DNA from: Candidatus Multivoradales bacterium
GTDB taxonomy: Bacteria > Acidobacteriota > Thermoanaerobaculia > Multivoradales > JAHEKO01
Assembly: GCA_965223155.1 (NCBI GenBank)
Contig: CBDCVR010000013.1
Span: 640,001 to 704,000, forward strand
DNA: 64,000 nt
Reading direction: 5' to 3'
Below the pieces are notes generated by a model. That model saw only the letters and a program-made list of their open reading frames with translations, was not told where the DNA came from and made no database searches. Below are positions 20,319 through 31,402 of the stretch, one piece after another; positions within the stretch are counted from its first letter, which is position 1, and each line of letters starts with the position of its first letter. Made by a program: the position numbers and the translations under genes.

Positions 20319-21509
20319 ATGAACAGCCCTGGAAACTTCCTTCGTTCGGCCGCTCTCCTGGTGCTTTTTTGCGGCACTGGCGCGACCCTCGCTGCCACCG
20401 CCGAAGGTCCGGACGGCGAGGGCCGCGGCACGAGCGGCCGGATATCGGCGGCGGTGGCGGCACCGGTGGACGTCGTCCAGCCCGCGGTTTCCGAGCGCGG
20501 CCTGCTGCTCCTGGCCAAGCCGGGCTGGGCTCGCCTCCGACAAGGACGGCGCAGCCGGCCGGTGGCCGTTGGGGCCGGCGACCACCTCACCCAGCTCGTC
20601 GAGCTCGGCCACGGCTGGGCCGCCGCGGGAGTCACCCGGGATGAAGCCGGGAGCTCGGTGTTCGCGGTTCGGGGCGCCGGCAAGTCGATCGAGCGCCTGC
20701 CCACGCTTGGCCGCTCCGCGGCCGTGCAGCTCCGGCCCGTCCTGCTCGAAGCCGCCGGCGAGCTGGTTGGAGCCGCCTGGCTCGAAGGCCCGACGCCGCG
20801 ATCCATGGCGGTCCGCTACCGGCCTTGGAACGGCCTCGACTGGGGCCCAACCGAAACCGTCGCAGGACCTGGCCCGGGCAGCCAGACGGCTCTTGCCGGC
20901 GTCGCGCCTGCTTCAAGAGGCCCGCTCCTGGTCTGGAGCCGGTTCGACGGGCAGGACGACGAAATCTTCTGGTCGCGCCGTAGCCAATCCAACCAGTCGG
21001 TGAGCCAGTCGGGTTGGAGCCGGCCCGCCCGGGTCGCGCCTGACAACGCGACACCGGACGTAACGCCGGCCTTGACCCGGGTGGGTTCCCGGGTCGTTCT
21101 GGCCTGGAGCCGGTTCCAAGAAGGACGGTTCCAGGTCGTGACCAGCGCCCTCGACGGCGACAGCTGGCAAAGCGCCCGCGCCGTGAGCCGCTCGGGCGGC
21201 CTCTTCCCGACCCTGGTCACCCAGGGCGCCAGCGCGCGGCTCCTCTACCGCAGCCCGGTCCCGCGCGGCTGGGGCCTGGTCGAATGGCGCGAACGAGACA
21301 ACCAGCTTGCCCCGGCGCGCCGGGGCCTGGTCCTGGCCCGGAACGCTAGCAACCGGGAGGGCACTCCCGCCGTGGTCGCCTCGCGACGCGGCCGCACGTC
21401 TCTGGTCTGGGCGGCCACCCGAGCCGGCAAGAATCCTGCGGCCGGTTCGAAGCGCGCCGGACGCGTTCGGCTTTCCCGGCGAACGGTCGCCTGGAGACCG
21501 GCGGAGTGA
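20319..21509 (+). CDS. exported hypothetical protein with beta-propeller-like repeats
   Basis: Signal peptide; repeated P-x-L...L(V/A)WS...WS-x-P units; GTGA overlap with the next gene. Confidence 0.65.
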   Translation: MNSPGNFLRSAALLVLFCGTGATLAATAEGPDGEGRGTSGRISAAVAAPVDVVQPAVSERGLLLLAKPGWARLRQGRRSRPVAVGAGDHLTQLVELGHGWAAAGVTRDEAGSSVFAVRGAGKSIERLPTLGRSAAVQLRPVLLEAAGELVGAAWLEGPTPRSMAVRYRPWNGLDWGPTETVAGPGPGSQTALAGVAPASRGPLLVWSRFDGQDDEIFWSRRSQSNQSVSQSGWSRPARVAPDNATPDVTPALTRVGSRVVLAWSRFQEGRFQVVTSALDGDSWQSARAVSRSGGLFPTLVTQGASARLLYRSPVPRGWGLVEWRERDNQLAPARRGLVLARNASNREGTPAVVASRRGRTSLVWAATRAGKNPAAGSKRAGRVRLSRRTVAWRPAE

Positions 21510-22708
21510 TCGGAGCCGGCCCAGCGCGACTCGGCCTGCCACGGCGGGCGGGTCTCTGGGCGGCGGGCGCCGCCGCCTGCTTCGTCCTGGCCGCCCCGGC
21601 GGCGGCCATCGACGTCCTGGCGATGGGCGACTCGATGACCGCCGGTATCGGGGACCCCAGCGGCCGCGGCTACCCGCAGAAGCTTCAGCGCAAGCTCAAC
21701 CAGCGGGGAGAGTCCTCCACGGTCCGCAAGTTCGGCATTCCAGGCGAGACCACGCTCGAGGCCGTTAGCCGGGTCGATTCCGTCCTCGCGACCGGCGGCG
21801 ACGTTCTTCTCTTCATGGAAGGCACCAACGACATCAACCTCATCGACCAGGGCCTCTTGTCCTTCGAGACCGTCTTCGACAGCATCAGCACGGTAGTCTC
21901 GAAGGCCAAACAAGCCGGTGTCGAGCCGGTTCTAGCCACCACCGTTCCCCGCAGCACCAAGGCGCAGCGCGATCGCCAGAACATCCTGACCCGCTTCCTG
22001 GCCGGAGAGATTCGCGAGCTGGCCCACAAGCGCAGCGTCCGGCTGGCTGACCCGTTCGAGATCTTCGATCCGGCTCTGCACCCCAACTTCGTTAGCGAGT
22101 ACTACGACATCGATCCCAGCGATCCGGTCGGGCACCTCGACGAGGTCGGCTACGACAAGCTGGCCGATCACTTCGCCGACGTCCTGACCGAGACCGATCT
22201 CTTGCCCCCGGTGCTCGGCAACTTCGATCCGGGCCCGATCGTGACCGAGATCTCTCCAAACGAGACGATCCGGATTCCGGTCTACGAGCCCGAGGGCTCT
22301 TCGGGCATCGCTTTCGCCGAGACCCAGCTCAAGATCAACGGCCGCGTTGTTGCCGACGGCGATTCCAGCTCCGGCGGCCAGCGCCGCATCGAGCTCGAAC
22401 ACCAGGGACAGAAAGCACTGGGCTGCCAGGCCGTGCTGCTGGTCGTGACCGAGGACCGCGCCGACCCTCCCAACCGTTCTGAGCGCATCCTCGCCAACTA
22501 CCGCATCCAGGGCCGCCGCATCATCGACGGCGACGTCGATTTCGACTGCCGAGTTGACGGCTTCGACCTGATCTCGTTCGCCCTGCGTTTCGGTGCCAAG
22601 TCCAACAGCGAGCGCTACAACATCCTGTTCGACTTCAACCGCGACGGCATCGTGGACGGCGAGGACCTCTCGGTCCTGGCTTCGAACTTCGGGAAGTCCA
22701 GCATCTAG
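21506..22708 (+). CDS. SGNH/GDSL hydrolase with C-terminal dockerin-like (paired EF-hand) domain
   Basis: GDSMTAG, GIPGETT, EGTND, DPVGH; GDVDFDCRVDGFDL and DFNRDGIVDGEDLSVLASNFG. Confidence 0.85.
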   Translation: MIGAGPARLGLPRRAGLWAAGAAACFVLAAPAAAIDVLAMGDSMTAGIGDPSGRGYPQKLQRKLNQRGESSTVRKFGIPGETTLEAVSRVDSVLATGGDVLLFMEGTNDINLIDQGLLSFETVFDSISTVVSKAKQAGVEPVLATTVPRSTKAQRDRQNILTRFLAGEIRELAHKRSVRLADPFEIFDPALHPNFVSEYYDIDPSDPVGHLDEVGYDKLADHFADVLTETDLLPPVLGNFDPGPIVTEISPNETIRIPVYEPEGSSGIAFAETQLKINGRVVADGDSSSGGQRRIELEHQGQKALGCQAVLLVVTEDRADPPNRSERILANYRIQGRRIIDGDVDFDCRVDGFDLISFALRFGAKSNSERYNILFDFNRDGIVDGEDLSVLASNFGKSSI

Positions 22709-22853
22709 GCGAACCCCGCGGTCGCGCCGAGCGCTCGGTCAAGAACTCGGCCTGACTGACGCCCGGGCAGACGCTCCGAGACGTTGCCAGCCAGGTCCGA
22801 TCCGGCCCGAGTCTCTCGCCGGCGCTGGCGGCCGGGTTGCTGGCACGCTCCGG

Positions 22854-24143
<1,290 letters not shown>

Positions 24144-24172
24144 GATCCGCTCCTCCCCACCGCGGCCCCTCC

Positions 24173-24886
24173 CTAGAGCTGTTCCAGCCGCTGACGGGCC
24201 TCGGACGCGTACCCGGATTCCTGGTGCTCGTCCACGATCTGCTGATAGACACCCCGTGCTTCGTCGGACTTACCCGCCATCTCCAGCGATCGGGCCAGCT
24301 CGTACAGGGTCACGTCCGTGGGCAGGCTCGTCTGCGGGTCGGCCAGCTCGGAGCGCAGCTCCTCGGCGACCGCCTCACCTTCTCCCTGAACCCGCCGAAG
24401 CTCCAGGAGGTTGACCCTAGCCCGCTGGCCGACCAGGGTGTCGGGGGCCTCCTCGGCCACCTGACGCCAGTATTCGGCGGCGGCTTGGATCTCCCCCGCT
24501 TCGGCGCTCAGATCCCCGAGGTGTGCCGCCGCGACCGCGGCCAGCCCACCGCCATGCCCGTCCAGAACCTCCTCGAAAGCGGCGATGGCGCGCTCGCGCC
24601 GGCTCGCCGCGTCGGCGAAGGAAGGCGCCGCGTCGTTGTCCGGATCGGGGTTCTCGACGTCGATCGGAGCGGCGACGACGGTCAGGGCCCGGGCCAGAAG
24701 CTCGTTCCCCTTCTTGGCCTTGCCGCTCCGCCAGGCCTGCAACCCGGCGAAGACCACGACCGCCACGATCAGGGCGACGGCGGCCAGGGCCAGGGTCCTG
24801 GCGTGTTCTTCGACGTAGGAAACGAGGCTGCGGGCGGTTTCCGCGACCTCGTCGCGTTTCATGGATTTTCGTGACAGTCGGCTCAT
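24173..24886 (-). CDS. YfgM-like membrane-anchored TPR protein
   Basis: RKSMKRDE N-terminus, single TM helix, TPR-like helices (LYELARSLEMAGKSDEARGVYQQI). Confidence 0.75.
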   Translation of the reverse strand: MSRLSRKSMKRDEVAETARSLVSYVEEHARTLALAAVALIVAVVVFAGLQAWRSGKAKKGNELLARALTVVAAPIDVENPDPDNDAAPSFADAASRRERAIAAFEEVLDGHGGGLAAVAAAHLGDLSAEAGEIQAAAEYWRQVAEEAPDTLVGQRARVNLLELRRVQGEGEAVAEELRSELADPQTSLPTDVTLYELARSLEMAGKSDEARGVYQQIVDEHQESGYASEARQRLEQL

Positions 24887-24923
24887 GGTGTCTTGGTATG
24901 AGTTGGCGTTGGAGGGCGATCCT

Positions 24924-25000
24924 TGGTGCGGCTGGGAGGACTCGAACCCCCGACCTAGAGCTTAGGAAGCTCCCGCTCTATCCAGCTGAGCTACAGCCGC
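24924..25000 (-). tRNA. tRNA-Arg(CCT)
   Basis: GCGGCTG acceptor stem, TAGCTCAGCTGGATAGAGC D-arm, anticodon loop TTCCTAA, GGTTCGAGTCC T-arm, encoded CCA; TATAAT on the minus strand at 25016-25021. Confidence 0.97.
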
Positions 25001-25031
25001 TCGCACAAGGGCCGGATTATATGGGACCCGA

Positions 25032-25544
25032 TCAGTACGTGATGAGGGATTCCACCGAATGCCCGGCGAGCAGCTCGCGGCCGTTCAGGAAGCTGAGCTC
25101 GATGATGAAGCCCAGCCCGACCACCTCCCCGCCCTGGGCCTCGACGAGATCGGCGGTGGCCCGAGCGGTACCGCCCGTGGCAAGCAGATCGTCCACGATC
25201 AGGACCCGGTCGCCTTCGCGCACCGCGTCCCGGTGCATCTCCACCCGGTCCGACCCGTACTCCAGGTCGTAGGACTTGCCCACCGTCTCCGCCGGCAGCT
25301 TGCCGGGCTTGCGCACCGGGATGAAGCCGGCGTTCAGGTTGTAGGCCACGATGGGACCGAACATGAAGCCGCGGGACTCGATGCCCACGACCTGGTCGAC
25401 GTGGTTCTCGAACAGCCACACGAACCGATCGACGGTCATGCGCAGCGCCAGCGGATCCTTGAGCAGAGTCGAGATGTCGTAAAAGAGGATGCCTTCCTTG
25501 GGGAAGCCGGGCACCTCGCGGATGTATTTCTTGAGATCTTCCAT
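25032..25544 (-). CDS. apt: adenine phosphoribosyltransferase
   Basis: [39 protein letters not shown]. Confidence 0.97.
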   Translation of the reverse strand: MEDLKKYIREVPGFPKEGILFYDISTLLKDPLALRMTVDRFVWLFENHVDQVVGIESRGFMFGPIVAYNLNAGFIPVRKPGKLPAETVGKSYDLEYGSDRVEMHRDAVREGDRVLIVDDLLATGGTARATADLVEAQGGEVVGLGFIIELSFLNGRELLAGHSVESLITY

Positions 25545-25579
25545 AACGTTGGGAACTCCTGATGCGTCGAGCCGCGGTC

Positions 25580-26245
25580 CTACTCTCCGGCGGCCGGATC
25601 GGACAGCTCGCTACCGGCGCCGGCATCGGGCTCGGAGCGCGCGGCGGCGCGGGCCTTGCGGCCGACGAACCAGAATCCGGCCGCGAGAAGGATAACAAAG
25701 GCCACGGTCAGCCAGCCCAAGTGCTTCTCGATAAAGAGCTTGGCCGAGTCGCCCAGCCACATGACAAGGGCCGAGACCGCCATGAAACGCAGCGTCCGGG
25801 ACAGGATCGACGCCAGCAAGAAAATCTTGAAGTTGATCCCGAAGGCGCCGCCGCCAATGGTGAATACTTTGTACGGAATGGGCGTCAGCCCGGCGACGCC
25901 GGTCGCCCAGGCGTTGTACCGATCGTAGTAGGAGGCCACCTTGGCCACCAGTTCGGGCCGGAACATCCGGCGCAACAGAGGCCGCCCGCCGACCCAGCCC
26001 AGGCCGTACCCCGCCGCTCCGCCCAGCACCGAAGCCACGGAACAGACCAAGCCGAACCACAGCGCCCGGTCCGGCTGGGCGACGCAGAGGGCGATGAGCA
26101 GCGGATCGGGCGGAATCGGAAACACGCTGCTTTCCACCAGGGCAACGCCGAAAAGCGACCAAGAAGCGTACGGCGTTGCCGCCAGACCCTCGACCCAGTG
26201 AAAGAGCCAGCGCACGAAATCCAGCACGTTCAGTCCTCTCTCCAA
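25580..26245 (-). CDS. YqaA/DedA (VTT) family membrane protein
   Basis: [36 protein letters not shown]; start may be GTG 26227. Confidence 0.9.
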   Translation of the reverse strand: MERGLNVLDFVRWLFHWVEGLAATPYASWSLFGVALVESSVFPIPPDPLLIALCVAQPDRALWFGLVCSVASVLGGAAGYGLGWVGGRPLLRRMFRPELVAKVASYYDRYNAWATGVAGLTPIPYKVFTIGGGAFGINFKIFLLASILSRTLRFMAVSALVMWLGDSAKLFIEKHLGWLTVAFVILLAAGFWFVGRKARAAARSEPDAGAGSELSDPAAGE

Positions 26246-26886
26246 CCGTGCCGGCCCACGAGCGGAACGAAGGCCACCGCGCCCGCCTCCCGGCTGCGGT
26301 AGCCACCCCCCTTGAGCTTGCGGCAGACCACCAGCCTCTGCTCGGCGCGGTCGCCCATGGGCAGCACCAGGAGGCCACCGTCCACGAGCTGATCGATGAG
26401 CGGCCCGGGCACCTCCGGCGCGCCCGCGGTCACCAGGATGCGATCGTAGGGCGCCGCCTCGCTCCAGCCCAACGAGCCATCCAGACTATGAATCTTGACG
26501 TTCTGAACCCCCAAGTCGCGCAGGCGGGCGATCGCCTGCCGGGCCAGCGACGGCACCCGTTCCAGGCTGTAGACCCAGCGCGCCAGGCGCGCCAGGATCG
26601 CCGTCTGGTAGCCCGAGCCGGTACCGATCTCGAGCACCGAGTGCTCGGGCCGGACGTCCAGGAGCTCGGTCATGCGCGCGACCACGTAGGGCTGGGAGAT
26701 GGTCTGCGCCGCCTCGGTGGGCAGGGCGAAATCAGCGTAAGCCTGGTTGCGAAGGTGCTCCCGGACGAACCGGTGCCGCGGAACCGCCGCCAGCGCCTCG
26801 AGCACCTTGGGATCGCTGGCCGCTCCGGCCGCCTCGAGCTGGCGCACCATGTTGCGCCGCTGATACTCGAACTCGCCGCCGATCAC
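26230..26886 (-). CDS. pcm: protein-L-isoaspartate O-methyltransferase
   Basis: VPRHRFV, QTISQPYVVA, VLEIGTGSGYQ, APYDRILVTAG, FVPL; follows surE. Confidence 0.95.
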   Translation of the reverse strand: MIGGEFEYQRRNMVRQLEAAGAASDPKVLEALAAVPRHRFVREHLRNQAYADFALPTEAAQTISQPYVVARMTELLDVRPEHSVLEIGTGSGYQTAILARLARWVYSLERVPSLARQAIARLRDLGVQNVKIHSLDGSLGWSEAAPYDRILVTAGAPEVPGPLIDQLVDGGLLVLPMGDRAEQRLVVCRKLKGGGYRSREAGAVAFVPLVGRHGWRED

Positions 26887-27647
26887 GACATGGCCTCGGC
26901 GATCTCGACCAGCTCGGGCTCCAGCCACTCCATCCGCCCCAGCCCCCGATAGTCGGTCAGATCCAGATGGAGGGGCGTGATCGAGATGAAGCCGTCCGAG
27001 ACCGCCTCGTGATCGGTCCCGGCGTCCCGTTGCCATTCGGGCGTGCCCGTGATCCAGAAATACCGCTTGCCGCGCGGATCCAGCTTCTCGACCACGGCCG
27101 GCTGATACACGCGGCGGCCGAGGCGAGTCAGCCGCACGCCGCGCATCGACCCCGCCGGCACGTTGACGTTGAGCAGCAGATCCTCGGGCAGTTCGTGCAC
27201 GAGCAGCTTCGCCACCAGCTTGCGGGCGAAATCCGCGGCTCCCTCGAAGGTAAAACCCTCGCCTACCTCCTGGCTGAAGGCCACCGACGGGATGCCCAGC
27301 AGGGTGCCCTCGAAGGTCGCCGACACGGTGCCCGAATAGGTCACATCGTCGCCGATGTTGAAGCCGAAGTTGATTCCGGACACCACCAAGTCCGGAGGTT
27401 CGTCCCGCATGAGCCACAACACACCCAGGTTGACGCAGTCGGTGGGCGTGCCGTCCACCGAAAAGACCCCCTCCTCGAGCCGCTGGAGGCGAAGCGGCCG
27501 GGTCAGCGTCAGGGCGTGCCCGGTGGCGCTCTGCTCGCGGTCGGGAGCCACCACGGTAACGTCCGCGATCTCGGCCAGGGACTTTCGGAGGAGATGCAGC
27601 CCCTCCGAGAAGACGCCGTCGTCGTTGGTGATCAGAATACGTTTCAC
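26883..27647 (-). CDS. surE: 5'/3'-nucleotidase SurE
   Basis: ILITNDDG, VDGTPTDCV, VSGINFGFN, YSGTV, SITPL. Confidence 0.96.
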   Translation of the reverse strand: MKRILITNDDGVFSEGLHLLRKSLAEIADVTVVAPDREQSATGHALTLTRPLRLQRLEEGVFSVDGTPTDCVNLGVLWLMRDEPPDLVVSGINFGFNIGDDVTYSGTVSATFEGTLLGIPSVAFSQEVGEGFTFEGAADFARKLVAKLLVHELPEDLLLNVNVPAGSMRGVRLTRLGRRVYQPAVVEKLDPRGKRYFWITGTPEWQRDAGTDHEAVSDGFISITPLHLDLTDYRGLGRMEWLEPELVEIAEAMS

Positions 27648-28522
27648 GAGCTTGGCAAGTAGGGTCCGACGATCGGATCGAGCGCCTGGCGAGTGGCTCC
27701 GGGGATGCGGTCGGGATCGGTGATGAGCGCGTGGCGCAGGCTTCCCTTGTAGGGGCTGTCCCGGTCTTCCTCGATTCGGCGTACCGAGAGGCGTACGACT
27801 TCCTGGGCGGTCGCAACGTTCCGGGCCAGCACTTCCAGGACGGCCGTCCCGCTGACGTCGTCCTCCTCCTCCCGCCAGCAGTCGTAATCGGTGACCATCG
27901 CCAGGGTGGCATAGCTCATCTCGGCCTCGCGGGCGAGCTTGGCCTCCTGCAGATTGGTCATGCCGATGATGTCGAACCCCCGGCGCCGGTACTCCTGCGA
28001 CTCGGCCAGGGTGGAGAAGGCCGGACCCTCCATATTGACGTAGACGCCGCCCTCGTGAACCGTCGCGCCGGACTCTCGCGCTCCATCCCCGAGCCAGCGG
28101 GAAAGCTCGGCGCACACCGGATGGGCAAAGCCCACGTGAGCGACCAGGCCCTCGCCGAAGAAGGTATCGGCGCGATGTCGAGTTCGGTCGTAGAACTGAT
28201 CGGGAATGACGATATGCGTCGGCTCGTACCGGCGGCGCAGCGATCCCACGGCCGACACCGACACGATCCACTCGACCCCGAGAACCTTCATGCCGTAGAG
28301 GTTTGCCCGGAAGTTGAGCTCGGACGGCAGCAGCCGGTGGCCGCGTCCGTGCCGCGCCAAGAAGACGACCTCCTTGCCCTCGAGGCGTCCGATCACGAAC
28401 GGATCGGACGGAGCCCCAAATGGGGTCTCGACCTCCCGTTCTTCGAGCACTTCCATGCCCGCCATCCGGTACAGGCCACTACCGCCGATCACACCGATCC
28501 TGATCCTGGAAGCTCCGGTCAA
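27644..28522 (-). CDS. mtnP: S-methyl-5'-thioadenosine phosphorylase
   Basis: IGVIGGSGLY, TPFGAPS, RHGRGH, EGPAFST, GMT, VTDYDCW. Confidence 0.94.
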   Translation of the reverse strand: MTGASRIRIGVIGGSGLYRMAGMEVLEEREVETPFGAPSDPFVIGRLEGKEVVFLARHGRGHRLLPSELNFRANLYGMKVLGVEWIVSVSAVGSLRRRYEPTHIVIPDQFYDRTRHRADTFFGEGLVAHVGFAHPVCAELSRWLGDGARESGATVHEGGVYVNMEGPAFSTLAESQEYRRRGFDIIGMTNLQEAKLAREAEMSYATLAMVTDYDCWREEEDDVSGTAVLEVLARNVATAQEVVRLSVRRIEEDRDSPYKGSLRHALITDPDRIPGATRQALDPIVGPYLPSS

Positions 28523-28555
28523 ACTCGCTCCTTGCGCAAGGCGCCCGGGCCGTCG

Positions 28556-29533
28556 CTAGGCCAGGGCCCGAAATCCGTGCTGCGCGATCTTCTCACCAAC
28601 CGTCAGCGCCGTCGACAGGGCTTGCCGGCCCTGTGCTCCATCGACGAAAAACACGTCCTCGCCGCTGCAAGCGGCGAGAAAGGCCGCAAGCTCGCAGCGG
28701 AGCGGCTCGTCTCGCTGGATCGCCAGGTCCACCTTCTCGAGGTCTCGAACCTCGGCGTCCTGCCGTAGCCGGTAGCCCTTGATTTCCTGCGCCTGATAGT
28801 CGAGGGACAGGTAGGCCCCGGGCACGATCAGGCGCAGCTTCCGGACCTTCTGGTCGGATACCCGGGAGGCGGTCACGTTGGCGACGAAGCCGGAGGCGAA
28901 CTCGAGCCGCACATTAGCGATATCGAACCGATCCGTGAGCACGTTGACGCCCACCGCCGACACTTTTTCGAGCCGGCTCCGATCCAGGCTGTGGAGAATC
29001 TGCAGGTCGTGGATCATGAGATCCAGAACCACGTCGATGTCGAGGCTCCGCGGCGAGAACGAGCCCAGGCGGTGGACTTCGGCAAAGCCCGGCGGCAGCC
29101 CCATCCCGAGCAACGCCTGTACCGCCGGGTTGTAGAACTCCACATGACCGACCGCCAGGACGCGATCCCCGGCGGCGGCAAGCATGCGATCGGCTTCTTC
29201 CAGATCCCGGGCGATCGGCTTCTCCACCAGCGCGTGAACACCGCGCTCCAGAAGCTCGCAGCCGATCTCACAGTGGGTGGACGTCGGGGTCGCAACCACG
29301 GCGGCTTGGATCTCACCGGCAAGCTCGTCCCGGTTCTCGAAAGCGCGGGTGCCGAACTCGGCCGCCACCGCTTGCGCCCGCTCGCGGTCGAGGTCGTGGA
29401 CGCCGATCAGATCGACCCCGGTCAGGTCGGCACTGGCCAGTCCCGCCAGGATCCGTACGTGGTGGCGTCCCAGCGCTCCGGTGCCGAAGACGCCGACGCG
29501 GAGGGGCCCCCTGCTGGCCTCCAGCCCAGTCAT
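28556..29533 (-). CDS. Gfo/Idh/MocA oxidoreductase, GnnA-like
   Basis: GTGALGRHH, LVEKP, VGHVEFYNPA, DVVLDLMIHDL, ANVTASRVS; directly after lpxA. Confidence 0.85.
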   Translation of the reverse strand: MTGLEASRGPLRVGVFGTGALGRHHVRILAGLASADLTGVDLIGVHDLDRERAQAVAAEFGTRAFENRDELAGEIQAAVVATPTSTHCEIGCELLERGVHALVEKPIARDLEEADRMLAAAGDRVLAVGHVEFYNPAVQALLGMGLPPGFAEVHRLGSFSPRSLDIDVVLDLMIHDLQILHSLDRSRLEKVSAVGVNVLTDRFDIANVRLEFASGFVANVTASRVSDQKVRKLRLIVPGAYLSLDYQAQEIKGYRLRQDAEVRDLEKVDLAIQRDEPLRCELAAFLAACSGEDVFFVDGAQGRQALSTALTVGEKIAQHGFRALA

Positions 29534-29538
29534 CCGGG

Positions 29539-30363
29539 CTAGCCGGCGCCGCTGCCGCGGGCGCTCCGGGTGCCGGGCAGGGCCTTGACCACGCCGCGCT
29601 CCGAGGAGCGTACGAAGTCCACCAGCACGGCTACGTCGGCGTCGCTGCCGAGCTCGTCCTGGATGCGTTCCAGGGCCTGGGTGGTGTTGAGGCCGGAGCG
29701 CAACAGGATCCGCGCCGCCGCGCCGATCGCCTTGACCCGGTCCTCGTCGAACCCCTTGCGGGTCAGACCGATGGAATTGACGCCGAAACACGCCGGCTTG
29801 ACCCCCACGGTCTTCATGAAGGGCAGCGCGTCCTTGGTGACCACCGAGTAGCCGCCGATGTAGGCGTGCCGGCCGACCCGGCAAAACTGGTGAATCGAGC
29901 TAAAAGCGCCGATCGTAGCGTCGTCCTCGACGTCGACGTGTCCGGCCAAGGTCGCCGCGTTGGTCATCACGATCCGGTTGCCGACCTGGCAGTCGTGGGC
30001 GACATGGGTGTAGGCCATGAAGAGATTGTCGTCGCCGATGCGCGTGTCGCCTCCGCCCAGAGCCGTGCCCCGGTTGATGGTGCAAAACTCGCGGAAGGTG
30101 TTGCCCGAGCCCACCGTCAGCGTCGTGCGCTCACCCTGGAACTTGAGATCCTGGGGATCGGTGCCGACGCAGGCGTTCGCGTACACCAGGTTGCTCTTGC
30201 CCAGGACCATCGGGCCGGCGAGCTGCGCGGCCGATCCGATCCGGCAGCCGTCCCCGACCGCCACCTCGGCGCCGATCACGGCGTAGGGTCCGACCTCGAC
30301 GTCGGTGCCCAGCTCGGCTCGGTCATCGACCACCGCGGTGGGATGAATCACGACTCCGGCCAT
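29539..30363 (-). CDS. lpxA: UDP-N-acetylglucosamine acyltransferase
   Basis: IHPTAVV, hexapeptide repeats, PQDLKF, REFCTINRGT, HVAHDC, HQFCRVG. Confidence 0.96.
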   Translation of the reverse strand: MAGVVIHPTAVVDDRAELGTDVEVGPYAVIGAEVAVGDGCRIGSAAQLAGPMVLGKSNLVYANACVGTDPQDLKFQGERTTLTVGSGNTFREFCTINRGTALGGGDTRIGDDNLFMAYTHVAHDCQVGNRIVMTNAATLAGHVDVEDDATIGAFSSIHQFCRVGRHAYIGGYSVVTKDALPFMKTVGVKPACFGVNSIGLTRKGFDEDRVKAIGAAARILLRSGLNTTQALERIQDELGSDADVAVLVDFVRSSERGVVKALPGTRSARGSGAG

Positions 30364-30367
30364 GGCT

Positions 30368-30811
30368 CTATCGCTTCACCATCGCTGAAGTCAGCAGGGC
30401 CTCGGCAACCACCTCGCCGTCCACCGACGCCTTCCCCTCGATCTTGGCGAACATCCGTCGCGCCTTCTGCACCTCGACGTCGAAGACCAGCTGATCCCCC
30501 GGCACGACCGGCCGTCGGAAGCGCACGTTGTCCGCGCCCGCCAGGTAGATCAGCGAATCCTCGCGGTCACCGCGGTCGTGCAGCATCAGAATCCCGGCCG
30601 CTTGGGCCATGGCCTCCAGAATCAGCACCCCGGGCATCACCGGACGCTCGGGGAAGTGTCCGCCGAAGAACGGCTCGTTGACCGTGACGTTCTTGATCGC
30701 CTGGGCGCTCTTGCCTGGATCCAGCCGCGTCACCCGGTCCAGCAAGAGGAACGGGTACCGGTGCGGCAGCACCGACTTGATCCACTCGACGTCGTAGCTC
30801 TCCGAGCTCAG
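30368..30811 (-). CDS. fabZ: 3-hydroxyacyl-ACP dehydratase
   Basis: [50 protein letters not shown]. Start inferred at CTG 30811; the first canonical start GTG 30772 cuts the conserved N-terminal helix. Confidence 0.93.
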   Translation of the reverse strand: MSSESYDVEWIKSVLPHRYPFLLLDRVTRLDPGKSAQAIKNVTVNEPFFGGHFPERPVMPGVLILEAMAQAAGILMLHDRGDREDSLIYLAGADNVRFRRPVVPGDQLVFDVEVQKARRMFAKIEGKASVDGEVVAEALLTSAMVKR

Positions 30812-30815
30812 AGCC

Positions 30816-31388
30816 TCAGCTCCCCTGAGATTCCTCGGACGCCGACGAGGAGTCGAATCGGGCCAACACGAGGTCGGTGATATCGATGGCCTCGTTGGCG
30901 AAGACCAGGCCGCTCTCGTACTTGTTGAAGATCATGGTGTAGCCCATCTCGCTGCCGACGGCCTGGATGATGGGCATGACCTCGCGCTGGATCTCCTCGA
31001 GCATGTCGTTCTGCTTGGCGGCGAACTCGCGGTTGGCATCATCCCCGAACCGCTGCATGGCGACGAGTCTCTCCTCCAAGTCCTTCTGAAGCTCGGCCAG
31101 CCGTTCGGCCGAGAGGGAAAGCTGGCCCTCGGTGATCTGCTTGCGCAGCGCGGCGGCCTCGTCGCTCATCTGCTTGCCCTCGGCCTGCTTGGTCTCCTGC
31201 CAGGTGCGCAGGTCCTCGATCGCCGCCTTGCCGGTGGCGGACTCTTCCAACAGACGACCGACGTCAATCACGCCGACCTTGAGGCCCGAGCCGTCCTGAG
31301 CGGCGGCCGGTACTGGTGCGACCGCGAGGACGGCCAGAATTCCGGCAAGCGCCGCGAGGCCTCGGATGTGTACGAATTGTGTCTTCAT
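30816..31388 (-). CDS. skp: periplasmic chaperone Skp/OmpH
   Basis: Signal peptide, KVGVIDV, coiled coil, IDITDLVL; after bamA. Confidence 0.92.
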   Translation of the reverse strand: MKTQFVHIRGLAALAGILAVLAVAPVPAAAQDGSGLKVGVIDVGRLLEESATGKAAIEDLRTWQETKQAEGKQMSDEAAALRKQITEGQLSLSAERLAELQKDLEERLVAMQRFGDDANREFAAKQNDMLEEIQREVMPIIQAVGSEMGYTMIFNKYESGLVFANEAIDITDLVLARFDSSSASEESQGS

Positions 31389-31402
31389 TTTCCTGTCGAC
31401 TC

